From Psilocybe cubensis (lineage: Eukaryota): a DNA stretch of 64,000 nucleotides. The stretch covers positions 1,550,001 through 1,614,000 of the forward strand of contig CM039010.1 of assembly GCA_017499595.2 (NCBI GenBank), given 5' to 3'. The position numbers and the translations under genes are program-made. Below, piece by piece: positions 39,366-51,957 of this stretch. The notes under the pieces were generated by a model. The model searched no databases and was not told where the DNA came from. It saw nothing but the letters and a program-made list of their open reading frames with translations. How positions within the stretch are numbered: position 1 is the first letter of the stretch; every line of letters begins with the position of its first letter.

Positions 39366-40205
39366 ATGTTCTCTAAAGTCTTCGTCGCCCTCACTCTCGC
39401 GTCTACCGCTTTCGCGACCGTTTTCGTACGATGCCCTCTTCCGAAGATTCGTGGCACGGTTGCTAAAGTTGCATTTCTGTAGGTTACCGCCCCTGTTGCC
39501 TCAAGCACCTTCTCCGCCGGCAAGGAAAACACCATTAGATGGCAGGAGAGCGGTGAAGCTCCCACTCTTGCTGAATTCGGACCTGCGAGAATCTCCATTT
39601 ATGCCGGAAATTCGCAACAGCAGGTATTGATTTCTACTACGCTTTTTTTCGTGACTGCGACTTATATAACGCCCTAAGACTCTCCTCCAAGCCATCGAGA
39701 CCAACATCGATGTTTCCAAGGAGTCTTCTGTCACCTTTACCCCTGATGCAAGCATTGGCCCCAACGGAAGCGAATAGTACGTGTTCCTCTAGAGTTTCTA
39801 CGGAAAGTATCTTACCAATGTTGTAGCTTCATTCGCTTCGAGTCTCTTTCCTTGAAGGATGATAAGCAACCCCAGTTCCCTGCTCTTGCTTTCTCTGCCA
39901 AGTTCACGTATGTCGTTCCGAATCTGTTTTTATAAATTTCTACTGACATTGCCCACAGTCTCGAGGGCATGACTGGTGTCTTCAACGCCACCGTTGCTTC
40001 TCAGATCGCTGGCCAGGCCACTGCCCCTCTCGCTTCGGTCCGCCCTGCTTCGACCACTGCTTCCGCCACCTCTTCCGCCACCTCCAAAGCATCCACTTCC
40101 GCCTCCACTTCCGCTACCTCTACCCCTTCAAGCGGTGCTATGGCTATCAATGCTGGCTTTGCCGGAGCTCTCCTTAGCGCTCTCATTGGTGCTACAATGT
40201 TCTAA
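39366..40205 (+). CDS. Kre9/Knh1-like Ser/Thr-rich GPI-anchored cell-wall protein, paralog 1
   Basis: Signal MFSKVFVALTLASTAFA; VTAP...IRWQESGEAPTLAEFGPARISIYAGN...IGPNGSE|YFIRFES...AFSAKF; Ser/Thr tail; hydrophobic GPI-type end (SGAMAINAGFAGALLSALIGATMF). Confidence 0.85.
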
Positions 40206-40706
40206 ACACATGCTATCTTGTCACTTTTTGTTTCTCTGTTGCTTCATCAATGGATCGCCTTTGAGTGAGTAATATTGGATATGTTTGTCCCGCACATCCA
40301 AACTAGTGTATATACCCCGTCAACCTAAAGCCACTGTGGTCTATGATAGTCATTTAACTTCACGATTATGGAACCGGATGATTCAGCACGATATGGACGT
40401 GAGTCGACACTAGCTGTTGTTAGAATTAGAATGCTTTAGATCCTACATTTTTTTCTTAATATCAATGTCTGCTACCCTTATTCGAACGCCTGCGCCTACT
40501 TTCAACCTGCTTCAGGAGTTGTTAACGTAAGGCGCTAATGCTTTTTGAACTTCCCAGATCAAACGTTATAAATAGGTGGGCATCCCACCTCCATTCAATT
40601 GATAAGTCGCTTAGGTGATACATATCGAATAGGCGCCAGTGGCCGACTAATGTACACAGTGGTTAATTATACTTACATGGTTACATGGAACATTAGTTAG
40701 AGATTT

Positions 40707-41884
40707 TCATGTCTTTCGGTGCCTGGGGGTAAGGGGATGATCTTCCTCGATTACGCCAATTAGGTGCTGCTTCTTGGGCTTTCTGTCGCAGTTGTCTGCC
40801 CCTTTTCTCTTGCCATTAGGATCTATGTTCTTTGTTCGAAAGTTAAGACAGTGCATCACGTAGATTGACATAATCTGAAGCAAAGACGTATACGTACTTC
40901 ATCTACTTTGACTGATGCCACCTTGCCCTTTGCAGTCACGTTGCTGATAGATGGTGCCTGTGGTGCCTTGATACGCTCCACAGGCTTGACCGAAGGTGCC
41001 GCAGCAGATGCTTGAGATCTCTGCAGAAATATGAGTCGTGGTACGTGAATGCTGTGTTACTGACGAAGCACACCTCCACCTTCCCATCAGGCTGTTTTGC
41101 CTCCCTTCGTTTGCGATAACCTGCTTTGGCGAAGGCCTCAGCAAAGAAAGGGTAGGGAATTTCGTATTCGGTAAAGGCCTCTCGTAAGCGCTTGTAGGCT
41201 TTGGTTGACGAGGACGGTGTCTCTTCTGTTTCCCGCAAGTTTCTCAGAAACTCGACAGCAAGCTTAATATCCAGCTCGTCATTCAGCAACTTGGGCGAAG
41301 GGTTTGGATCAGGAGATAGCGTAGATAGGGTGTTCCGAATGTTTTCTTCGCGTATATTCTTCCTCTGTCCTGCGAGGGCTTTCTCGGCTGTTTTCTGTGT
41401 GTTTGGATAAGAAGAGGTGTCGACACGGTTAGCGACCTCGGAAGGCAGACAGTGACCCGAATGTACCCTTTGTTCTCTGGTTCGTGGGGCCATCTCTTTT
41501 GCCCTTTCCCTTGCTTCAGCTCTCTGTATGCGAGTCCAGTAAATATCTGATTGAAGCAAAAGCCACCAATTTCGTACCTCATCTTTAGTAAGAGTGCAAA
41601 GTTCTTTGATATCCCACCGCATGCTCTCATACGCTGTGCGTATCATGTCTTCAGTCACAATCCACTGCGGATGCTCTTTCTTGACGCGAGATACAACGCG
41701 CCATAACTGTGTCGGCAGACGGTCCGCACTTCGCAGTTCTGCAAGAAATGCCACAATAGTTTTGTTGTCGAGTGGACCTCGGGTTGAGGGATTTGTGTTA
41801 TGCTTATCGGTAGGCTTCACTATAGGTTGATGTAAGAACAGAAATGACGCGTATCGGCGCGTCAATGTGCATTCTGGACTCACT
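40707..41884 (-). CDS. Hypothetical basic protein; start codon apparently split by an intron (A|TG)
   Basis: Long open frame 40936-41940 has no upstream ATG; intron 41883-41820 (GTGAGT...CTATAG) creates an in-frame A|TG. Two further 3' introns extend it to a stop at 40707. Confidence 0.6.
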
Positions 41885-42161
41885 TCTTTTACAGGCGGTC
41901 GTGTCAACTTGAATTTGTTCAATATCCGGTGAACACTCAAACCAAACAGCGCTATAGAGATTTGGATAGGTAGAGGTTGCGTGAGCCTGAGTAGAGTTTG
42001 ATAGTTATAAATGTCGAGGTAGTTTGTGGAGTCAAGACTGAGAAAGTGAAAACCGGGCCAGCCGCGATGAAAAGAAGGTTGAGTCGCGTGACAAATATCT
42101 AGTCACATGACCGAGCCACACTCATTATTCCCACGATTTCGCGGATCACCTTCTGGTCTTT

Positions 42162-43492
42162 CATCGGCAAAAGTGACCAAGTCCCCAAATGCCTTGCCAA
42201 GGCATTTGGAGGCGTCCAAATGCCCCAAGGCCCAAATGGCCTTTTAGATTGACTAACGAGAGACTCGGAATTTTGAAAGGCTATAAATTATTTACAAAAA
42301 CCAATGTTTTAGCTAGATTTAAATTTAATCAAATCATTTCGGTAAAATTTGGGAGACCCAAAAACATTTGGATAACATTCAAGTTGCCTTTGAGAGCCCC
42401 AAAAACATTTAGAGTTCACCCAATATTGACACAATGATATATTTTGTATATTTCTACTTCTATTAGCCACTTTAGGTATTCACACAGTAGAATGTAGTAG
42501 TTCAATGAAAAATATTATTGGAAAAGATTCAGAACAACAAAGGCTACATAGAAATGACTAAGAGAAAATGGATTCAAGTTACAACCTGGGCGGCGTTACG
42601 AAGTCACGTGATCGAATTGATGTGTCAACCGTCCAACGAGATCTACTTTGTGATGAGTCACGGTCAAGCAGATCTAAAATATATGCGCATATACGTACCA
42701 ATAAGGTGACCAAAATGTGTATCTGGCTATATGATACACTTGAGAGAAAGGAATAATCAAGGCAGAGAAAGAACATGCCATGAAAAGGTATAAAACAGTC
42801 AGTTAGGGTTGTGTGATGAAAATGAGAGCATGTCTTTCACCTTTTCAGCTCTATCAACAGTTTTGAAATGCAGAGAAAGAGGCATAGCAGTATTGATTGA
42901 AACCAGAGAGCGCTGTCGTCAGAGTGGTGGACATGAGAGGGTAGAAAGAAAGCGACTTGGGCGTGTCTCAGATTCTTATGCTCAAAACGGATGTTCAGTC
43001 TCCGATTTAATTTGTCATCGGAGACGGGCCTCTCTAATTTATATTTCTTGAAGTTAAATTTCCCACGTACATGTAATTCTTATGACAATGGTGTCGTATT
43101 GGAAACAACCTGCCAGTGTCATAGGTATTACGTGTGGTCAGTAAAATTTCTTGTACCTAAATCATTTTGAACATATTTGAAGCCCTTTAATCATCTGTGT
43201 CAGCAAAAAGTTAAACTCAATGTTTTATTCTTTGTTTTTATTTTTAATCAATTGTTCTCTGCAAGTTTTATGGCAAACAAATCATTAAGAGATAAATGTA
43301 AATACATGGAATATTTTGTACTGAACTTTGAGGTGTATAAATGTTTGTGGAGCATTCAAATGCTCTCCAAATGTTTTGTGCACCTCCAAATTTCAGTGAA
43401 ATGTTTTTGTGTGACTTAACATGTCACGCAAAACATTGACCTGCTTAAAAAGGCACAAAAGGCATTTGGGGGTCTGGTCACTTTTGCCGATG
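42162..43492. mobile_element. Non-autonomous TIR DNA transposon, CACTA/CMC-like
   Basis: ~33-bp imperfect TIRs CATCGGCAAAAGTGACCA...CCCCAAATGCCTT / AAGGCATTTGGGG...TGGTCACTTTTGCCGATG; TTT on both sides (3-bp TSD); subterminal CCAAATGCC/AAACATTT repeats in both orientations; AT-rich with no transposase ORF. Confidence 0.85.
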
Positions 43493-44120
43493 TTTAATAG
43501 TCGCAAATACTCCGCGCGTCCGCATTTATACCATGATCATCTTCACGATTTTTGGTGATTTGTTGTGGATAAAATCGTCTGATGAAGCTAAACATAACTT
43601 CTCGGGACCCAATGTGAGGTTGTAGACGGCGTGGTGCTGTGATTATGTAGTCGGGTGTAGCATGGGTATCAGATATAAATAGACACGACGTTTGACATGT
43701 TGACTCCGGACGATGCGTAGGAACCTGTAAAAAAATGTGAGCTTTAGAGAGGTTAATCAATTTATTTGAATAAAAGAAATTCTTACTGAAGGAAGATTGA
43801 ATCGATGGCCTCGTATGAGACTTTAAGTTCATTTAAACGCAAAAGCCCCTTAAAAGTTGATACTTAGGAGTCAAGTCTTCTGAATCTAAAATAACTCAAT
43901 AACTCGGTCCATCTGACAATCAGGTCTCTTCCAACCATCATTACGGAATGGAAAATTTTACCACCCTTTATAGCCGCATTCCGCAACACGTTGTCACATA
44001 AAGTCTGCTTGCCAGCGTCAAAATTCCCTTGTTCACGACGCCCATCTCTCTCTGCTATTTTTTGCTTTTCAGCAATACCCACTCTCCCTTACCGCACTTT
44101 CGTTTGCTCGTTTAATAAAC

Positions 44121-45008
44121 ATGTTCTCTAAGGCCTTCCTTGCTCTTGCCTTCGCTTCTACAGCGTTTGCAGGCGTTTTTGTGCGTATAGGACTTTGGTT
44201 TTGAGAGACAAAGCTGATTACAAGCCTTGTGCTAGGTGACCTCACCCACTCAAACGACCACTTTCCAAGCTGGCCAACAAGCCACTATCTCGTGGCAAGA
44301 TGACGGAAAGGCTCCCTCTTTATCGTCATTTGGACCATCCAAGATTTCTATTTACGTAGGGAACTCTCTGCAACAAGTGAGTTTTGGTTTTACTATGATT
44401 GTGAAAACTCTCTTAACGAATGTTGACAGACTTCGCTCCAACTCATCAACGGCAATGTTGATGTTTCTCAATCTTCGTCCATCACTTTTACTCCTGACCC
44501 ATCTATCGGCCCCAACAGCAACCAATAGTAAATCCTAATTGTGCCGGTTCACCGTCTCTTGCATGCTCACCTTGTTTACCCAAGTTTCATTAGGTTCGAA
44601 TCCCTGAGCCTGATTGATAACAGTGTGCAGCCTCCCATCCCGGCCCTTTCCTTCTCCCACCAGTTCACGTAAGTTCAAGCTTGGACTCGTGTATTAGTTT
44701 TTACTTACCCAGTCGCTTTCAGTTTGGCCGGGATGACTGGAACGTTCAGCCCTGCTGTCAGCGCTCAAATCGCTGGTCAGTCAACGGCACCTATCGGAGG
44801 CGCTGTCGCCACCTCAGCCGGCCCCGCATCCACTGGAGGCTCCCCGTCTGCTCCCGCTAACCCTACCTCTGCGAATTCCACATCGAAGAAGGCCACCAGC
44901 ACCTCGTCCAGCGCACCTACCTCTTCCCACTCAAGCAGCGCCATGAGCATTCACGTTGGATGGGCTGGAGCATTCCTCAGCGCTCTGGTTGGCATGACCG
45001 TGCTTTAA
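44121..45008 (+). CDS. Kre9/Knh1-like Ser/Thr-rich GPI-anchored protein, paralog 2
   Basis: MFSKAFLALAFASTAFA; ISWQDDGKAPSLSSFGPSKISIYVGN; IGPNSNQ|YFIRFES; same intron positions as paralog 1; hydrophobic C-terminus. Confidence 0.85.
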
Positions 45009-45557
45009 ACCTGCGTACTCGTAAATTCGTTGCTTTCATATTCCTTTCTTCCATGGACATTAGGAAGCCGATTAATTAAACCAAGTAGGTCCGGCGTAAT
45101 ATTGATTTATGTTGAGGAGTAGCCAAAGGCTTTGTACACGCCATACTCAAGCAAAATCATATCTTCACCTGTCATGTTACAGGCCCTTTTTTATCTGGAT
45201 GCTAGAGTTTTCAGCACACCGCAAAACGACGAGTTTTAATTCTATGGGTGAAGTCCCTCCTCTTGGCATCTAGGCCCCTTGTGCTACAATTGGTCTTCCG
45301 GAGACCAAGCATGTTGATCACCCTTCGCCCTAAGGTTTTCTGAGTCACCGTTCAACGCGGCCGATCAAATATCCCATCACCGCATACGGCGAAACACTCA
45401 GGGTCAAACCATATAAATTTCGCATTCTCACACAGATATCCTTTTCAACATTTGTTGTTTTCTGCCCCACCTGTACGCTCTGTTCGTGCCCGCTTTATAG
45501 CACCCTACACTCCCTTACCCCACCTTCGTTTTTGTGCTATTGCTGAATTTCGTCAAA

Positions 45558-46445
45558 ATGTTCTCTAAATTCGTTGTCGCTCTCACATTGGCATCCACGG
45601 CGTTCGCGACAGTATTTGTACGACCGTTGCCCATTCTATTTTAACGTTGGCAACCTAAAAATTGACGCATTCCTAACTTTAGATCACTGAGCCCTTTGGT
45701 GTTACGACCTACGCAGCTGGCAAAGAGGCCACTATTCGATGGAAGGACGATGGCAATGCGCCCTCTCTAGCTGAGTTCGGGCCTGCCAAGATCTCCATCT
45801 ACGTCGGGAACTCCAGGCAGCAGGTATGTCTTGGCCTTTATTGCGCTATCGGTGTGTACCGACAAAACCTGTCAGACTTCCCTGCAACTCCTTGCGGATG
45901 ATATCGACGTTTCCAAAAATTCTTCCCTTGCTTTCACTCCCAATGCGACAATTGGACCAAACAGCAGCGAATAGTACGTCGCGTTGCACACCACATGAAG
46001 ACGTGCATTTGTAACTTTTTTGCTAATATGTGCAGCTTCATTCGCGTCGAATCTCTGTCGCTCAAGGATCCATCTCAGCCTACAATTCCCGCGCTTGCAT
46101 TTTCGGCAAGATTCACGTACGCCCAGCCTTCTTTCATTTTCGAGAAGATTAACTCAATTTAACACCGGAATTAGTCTTACAGGCATGACTGGAACGTTCA
46201 GCGCGGCTGTTCAATCTCAAATTGCAGGACAGTCCACGGCTCCCCTTCCGTCTGTAACATCCACGACCACTTCTACCACTACCTCAGCCACATCCACCTC
46301 CAGCTCTTCTAGCAGGAGCAGCACTGGCACTGCGTCTAACGCCAGTGCTTCTCCGTCCACTGGCAGCGCCATGGGTATCGTCAACCCACACGCCGGACTG
46401 GCTGGAGCCCTCTTGAGCGCCCTTGTCGGTATCACGTTGTTCTAG
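45558..46445 (+). CDS. Kre9/Knh1-like Ser/Thr-rich GPI-anchored protein, paralog 3
   Basis: MFSKFVVALTLASTAFA; IRWKDDGNAPSLAEFGPAKISIYVGN; IGPNSSE|YFIRVES; Ser/Thr tail and hydrophobic end. Confidence 0.85.
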
Positions 46446-46792
46446 ACTCATCGGATCGCTTGGCTTTTCCTAGTCCTCTTCCTCTGTGATGTGTGCTGGT
46501 CGACCCGAGGCAGAAGGAACTCTTCGACTTTTCTCATCCTTGTTTTCAATGCTCTCCTGTTCTATACCCAAGATGCGATTTACATGCCATCATTGGAAGA
46601 TGTATGTAAGTTGTAATCTGTACCGATGATAGTTTCTTACATGTATTTCATCAATTTATTGCCCGTTTGTCACAAGTTTGTTGCAAATGTTGTGCTTGAG
46701 ACGAACTAGTATTACAGTTATTCGAGTCCGTATGTGTGACTCAACCTTCCGCCATACGAACACCAAGATAAGTACACTCAAGAGCTGGACTA

Positions 46793-47540
46793 TCAAACCC
46801 CCTTGACTTTATAGCTGCTATACCTGTTTTTATATCCAAACAAAGGTGCAATGTATCCTCCAAAAATTATAACAAACTGGAGTTGTAACGGTCAGGCTTC
46901 CGTTTGCTTGGGAACAGTGATGAGGGGAGGGACTTACAGCCTTCTCCAACCATTTAATATGGCCAGGGAGCGGAATATACATATCGCCTTGATACCCAAC
47001 TACCAGGACTTGAAGGAGACTTGTAGGAGTCTTTCCATCCTCCAACAGATTTCGAAAGAAGAGCTCTTTTTCCCCGTCCTATAGCAATGTACAACGTTAC
47101 ATAGTTGGACGCGTATGAACGGCCTATAGGTACAGAATATTGATAATCAACGTACCATAGGGTCAGTCCGTTCCTCAAAAATAGTCTCCTCTCCCTTAAA
47201 TCCATGGAGGCTGTGGATCGTGCCTCTGGGAATGAGAATCTCTCCGTCCTCTGCAGTATAATCACGAGTGACGTCCCCGATCCTCACGCGTAAGCGCCCT
47301 TTGATGACGCGGAAGAGCTCGTCGTATTTGTCGTGCCAATGTGGTAGGACGTTCAGTGTCTCTGCGTCAGTTATGGCAGCAACGTGGACTCGTGCGAGAT
47401 AAGGCTCGTTCCGTAGAAAGGTCTATACCTTTTATGTTGAACTCCCTTGAATATCACGACTCTGGATAAGCGCTCACCATGGTGGACTGGTGCCCAAGGT
47501 CCAAGACTGGGGAAAGCGCATCATAGTCAGCGACAGACAT
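46793..47540 (-). CDS. Cupin-domain (RmlC-like) protein, multi-exon
   Basis: Spliced frame contains PHWHDKYDELFRVIKGRL...ILIPRGTIHSL (cupin metal motifs HxH...E and H), then KELFFRNL...GDMYIPLP and a C-terminal hydrophobic segment; stop at 46793. Confidence 0.82.
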
Positions 47541-47880
47541 GGGAGACAAACAACAGCAGCGTCGTTGATAAGACCGTGGCCTTTAAGTGAATGATGTACG
47601 GGAGGACCCTGAAGTGATGTCTCATGTCGTAATGGTATCCTTTGTACGAACACCGATCGTACGAGGGAAAATGTTGACGAACTTAATACGGTCTGTGCTG
47701 ACGCTTCGGCCAGTTTACCTAGGCATACCTGATAAATAAGTAGATACCCTTATTTTTGGAGCATCTAAGAGATGTCCTAAGTACCAAGAACGAGCATGTA
47801 TCTCGCAACACTCAGCACGGTGTAACAGGTCAGATATTCGCGTCAGACATATAAATAGCCAGCCCCAGAGGCAGCTTGTA

Positions 47881-48472
47881 AGATTGGGCTCATCAGAAAC
47901 CAGCACCCTTACGTAATCAATGGGCTTGGCGCCAAGAGCGGCCAAAATCCAGCTCGAAAAAAAAATCAAAAGTTATGTTGACGGAAAATGGTTTCAGACA
48001 AAAAGTTTAAAAAAAAAAAATTCATAAATGTGCATATACAATCCTTACTACTAGCCTTTATGCCCACAATAATAGAATTACACCTCAGAGGTCAAATTGT
48101 AGTCTCTGGAAGTCCATAATGAGTCTGAGAGGTATTACTTAGGCGTGACTTATTGTCACGTGTGGTCACGTGTACCATTATATAAGCGGCCAAAAGAACA
48201 TTGTCAAATTTTCGAAAATCTCCCAAACTCGAGAAAACACCATTTCTGACGTGTTAGACTAAAAAAAAAGGAAAAAAATTAAAATCTTTATAACTTCTTG
48301 AGATCAAAATTTTTTTGAAAAAAAAAACCACAGATGTGTTCAAAGAAGCATAACCTACATATCTGTGGTTCAAAAATGTAGAATAGTGTGAGTGCAGAAG
48401 GGTTGAAAAGGTTCGGAGGTAAGCCAACTTTTGCTTACCTAAGGGGGTGCTGGTTCCTGATGAGCCCAATCT
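47881..48472. mobile_element. MITE-like non-autonomous TIR element with TA target-site duplication
   Basis: TA|AGATTGGGCTCATCAGAAACCAGCACCC ... GGGTGCTGGTTCCTGATGAGCCCAATCT|TA; ~28-bp TIR with one mismatch; 592 bp, AT-rich, non-coding. Confidence 0.85.
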
Positions 48473-48816
48473 TATCTATTGCGCAAAGTGAATGATAACA
48501 TCAAAGCGAACGTTTATATGCATCATTGAAATCACGATCTCACCTGTAAAGGTACTCTGGCACTATCGAACACTATTAATTATATCGTCGTGGTGGACAC
48601 GAATGTATGGCCTAGAACTTGGTGGAAGCTAATCCAAACTTGTTTTGTTCAGGCGATCTACAAGATTCCGGCTACCAAACAGAACGTAAACAAATCAGTG
48701 ACTGTCTAAATTGGATGTATAGAAACTGTATACAGACAACACAGGAGGCCAGAGAGCAATGCAGATAAGTTGATAAAAATGGTAATGATCAAGGCCCACA
48801 GGTCATTTGACAACAT

Positions 48817-50612
48817 TCAAACCATCGCAAGTGCCCTTTCCATATCTGGCTTGGCCGATTGCCATGTCCACGCCCACACATCCTGGATGGCTTTGGCAAG
48901 TGTGTCTACACTTTCCTGGCTTACTTCATCGCCATCCTTAATGTTTTCAAATCCGGGTGAATGAAGGTCCAATAAGTATCCCAATCGAACCGAAGCGTCT
49001 GCGGCAAATACCGCAAATGGTTGACGGACTGTATCGTATATCTTGGTGAGTCTAGGTATATCAAAGTTGCCAGACGTAATTCCTTTGGCTAGGACGTTTG
49101 CGAGAACATAAACATCCTGACCAATATCTCGGTAAAGTTAAGAAATTGCGGATAGGGAGCTTGCTTACTTCAATGGCTTGACTAGCGCCGTTGCCAAGAT
49201 GTGGGGGTGCAGCATGCGCCTAATGTGTAGTGTCAACCATGAGAATATTTTCTCTGAAAGAAATACTTACAGCATCGCCTAGAAGGACAACGGATCCAGA
49301 TTCAGAGACGTATGTATCGAGCGGCGAATGGTGCTGAATTTCCCAGCGAGATGGGTTTGACATATGCTATACAATTATTCAAGAAATTAAACTCAAAATC
49401 TAGGGAAATGATGTAATTGACTCGTACCTTGATAAGCACTTCCACATCGTCAGCCCAGCCCGCAAAATTGGGAGCAAAGTTATCTTTAGATCCTTCAACC
49501 AGGACTGGACCGTCGACATATGTCCCTTCCCTAGCGTAGTTTGTAAGAAATGGGACAGCGTTTACTAATTTGCCTTGAAGGATCGGGTAAGCTACAAGAT
49601 GCTATAAACTCGATATCAAATTAATCTGTTGGTCGGTCATTGGTTGTAACAAACCAACCTTATCCTTTCCAAGGTACTGGGAGTACAAGCGCCAGTGTAA
49701 GCGCGTGGGATATTATATTAATATGTGAATTTACTGACCATCACTGCCTCAGTTAACGCACGATGATTCGGAGAGTCCTTTCTAATAAGCTCGGCATCGA
49801 TGGTGTTTCTATAGACGGTGGAACCTGTCCAAAGAGGTTGTGCTTTTTGGGCAGCTTCTTCCTCAGACCACCCGTTTTTGTTTCGAAGGAATGTCTTGCG
49901 AATGGCAGAATTTATACCATCAGCACCGATCAGTAGGTCGCAAGTGACTTTATTGCCGTTCTTGAACTCCAATTCAACGAGGCCTTCTTCAAGTTCACGA
50001 TAACTGATGAGTCGATGCGAGAGATGAACTTTAATGGAAGGAGATATGTGCTTGAGAAGAACTTCTTGCACGTCTGCCCTATGGAACGCAACTGAGCCAC
50101 CTACAGACGAGACGCGTATAAGATTCGTTGACTTCGTATCAGAAAAAACTAAATTACCTGGCATCATGACATCAATAATATGCCTATCTTCCTTTGTGTC
50201 ACCTTTTCTAATCTTAAATGTGGGCTCTGAAGAATTCATTAGCGAACGGCGCGAACAGGAGAGTGGCACAGAGTGAAGCCCACTGAGTTGCTCGGGTGAA
50301 GGAAGCTCTTGATCAGGAGACATTTTCTGAGCCAAGGAAGCTTCCAATCCCAGACTCTGAATAATTTCCCATCCTCGTGGCCAAATCATGATCCCAGCGC
50401 CAATTTGGGTCAACTTCCCTGTGGACTCATAAATGTCGATTTGAAGATGCTCGTCGACTTTGAGGTGACTTAAAGCGACTGCCATAGCCAACCCTCCGAT
50501 ACCACCACCACTATAGTCAGAAGAATCGGTAAAGAAAATGTTAGTTGCATTGGATCTGTGAGCAGCAATGTTGTACTTACACAATAGCAACGCGTTTCCT
50601 GATTTCAGACAT
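48817..50612 (-). CDS. FAD-dependent monooxygenase (salicylate hydroxylase-like, group A), multi-exon
   Basis: RVAIV|GGGIGGL, IGAGI, FHRAD, DLLIGADGINS, VLLGDA|AHAAPPHLGNGASQAIE|D; stop at 48817. Confidence 0.92.
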
Positions 50613-51957
50613 CAGCAATCCTTCTGAGTAATAAACGGTATCTTCAGGTTTCAAGGACCACTATATATCTAGTCTGAGCCATGCTAGTCCTGGATGGAAG
50701 CAATCTATCCGGGAAACGTCATCAAGAAGCATAAAGTCAAAAGTCGATTAGAGCACAGGAGGCAATCCAGCTGAGCGTGGTTTGTCATTATATTTCGCAA
50801 CATAACGGGTTTGGACTGATGAAATGCACGGCATGAATAGCAGGATGGGAATTCTAACAGAGCTTTCGCAGATATGACTGACTAAAACGGAAGATAGTTC
50901 AGACAGATGGTGAAATAGATGGAGGTTGGGAAACCCAAACCTACCAAAAGACACGGTTGAAGCGGAAGGGAGAAACCCATGGCGCGATTAGCCGAGGCCG
51001 TGAGTGACCCCCATAGCGATCACGTGGATGAAGATCAATCATCATCGGCAAAGATGCATCTTTGCAGGACTTCATTGCAAACAGATCTGTTTCGGGATGT
51101 ATAACTTAAAGACCTAGTATGCTCTCCTATGACATTTCTTTGAGTAGTATAGACGAGAGAAGAGAAGAATCACAAACCATGCTAGGAATTCCGAGTCGAG
51201 CGAGTGATCGCCTCAAGACTTCAATCCAGATACTTATGTTCAGGATATGTCCATACCCACTAGCTCAAAGCTCAGCTGAGATTACAGATAATTTCCGTGT
51301 GTATCTATAATACGCACCCGTTTCAATTAACCATGGAGGATCATCAATGGAGGTCAGGACTCTTCAATCAACTCACAAACCCAACTGGCCTCGTCCACCG
51401 GCATGCATCAGGCTTCATACCGGATGTCCGAGCTCGATTGATGTCCAATGTTCAGTATGTCGATGACGTTGTCGAGATAGTGTGGCAGTTGACATGAAAG
51501 GACGTCATCTAGGACGCGGCTGTGATGTAACAAAGCGCATATCGTGAAGTATGCAGTGATATTGGCAGGCGTCAGGAAAATAAACGTTTGACGACTTAAA
51601 CTCTACTGGGTTGGGTATCGCAGCAAAAAAAAAAAATCGGCATGTCATATCATGCCATCGCGAAATGGAAGAAAGAAAAAGAAATAAAAATAATAAAACA
51701 TAAATGAACAGGGTCAAAGGTCCAAAAAATATGGATTGAAACCGGGTCCGCAGAAGGTAAATAAAAAATGGCGGGTTGGTTTATGAATAGCTAGGCGACT
51801 TGGAAGGGAGGCGAGGTGGACGGGCGCGATGTCAGACAAAAATCAAAGTTGGTGTCGCAGAACAGCTACGCCTGTAGATGGGCGGGGTTCGCATGCTCTC
51901 TTGGCAAGCGACAAGGTGTCCAAGGAAGGATGGCGTCGAATGTTCGAGAAAGATATG

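Noticed and set aside
42189-43419. Short ORFs inside the TIR element as transposase
   Set aside because: All under 90 aa, AT-rich, with no DDE or CACTA transposase motifs.
33909-50612. Secondary-metabolite cluster (MFS, LovD-like esterase, cupin, FAD monooxygenase)
   Set aside because: No PKS, NRPS, terpene synthase or RiPP precursor in the window, and the genes are interspersed with cell-wall genes.
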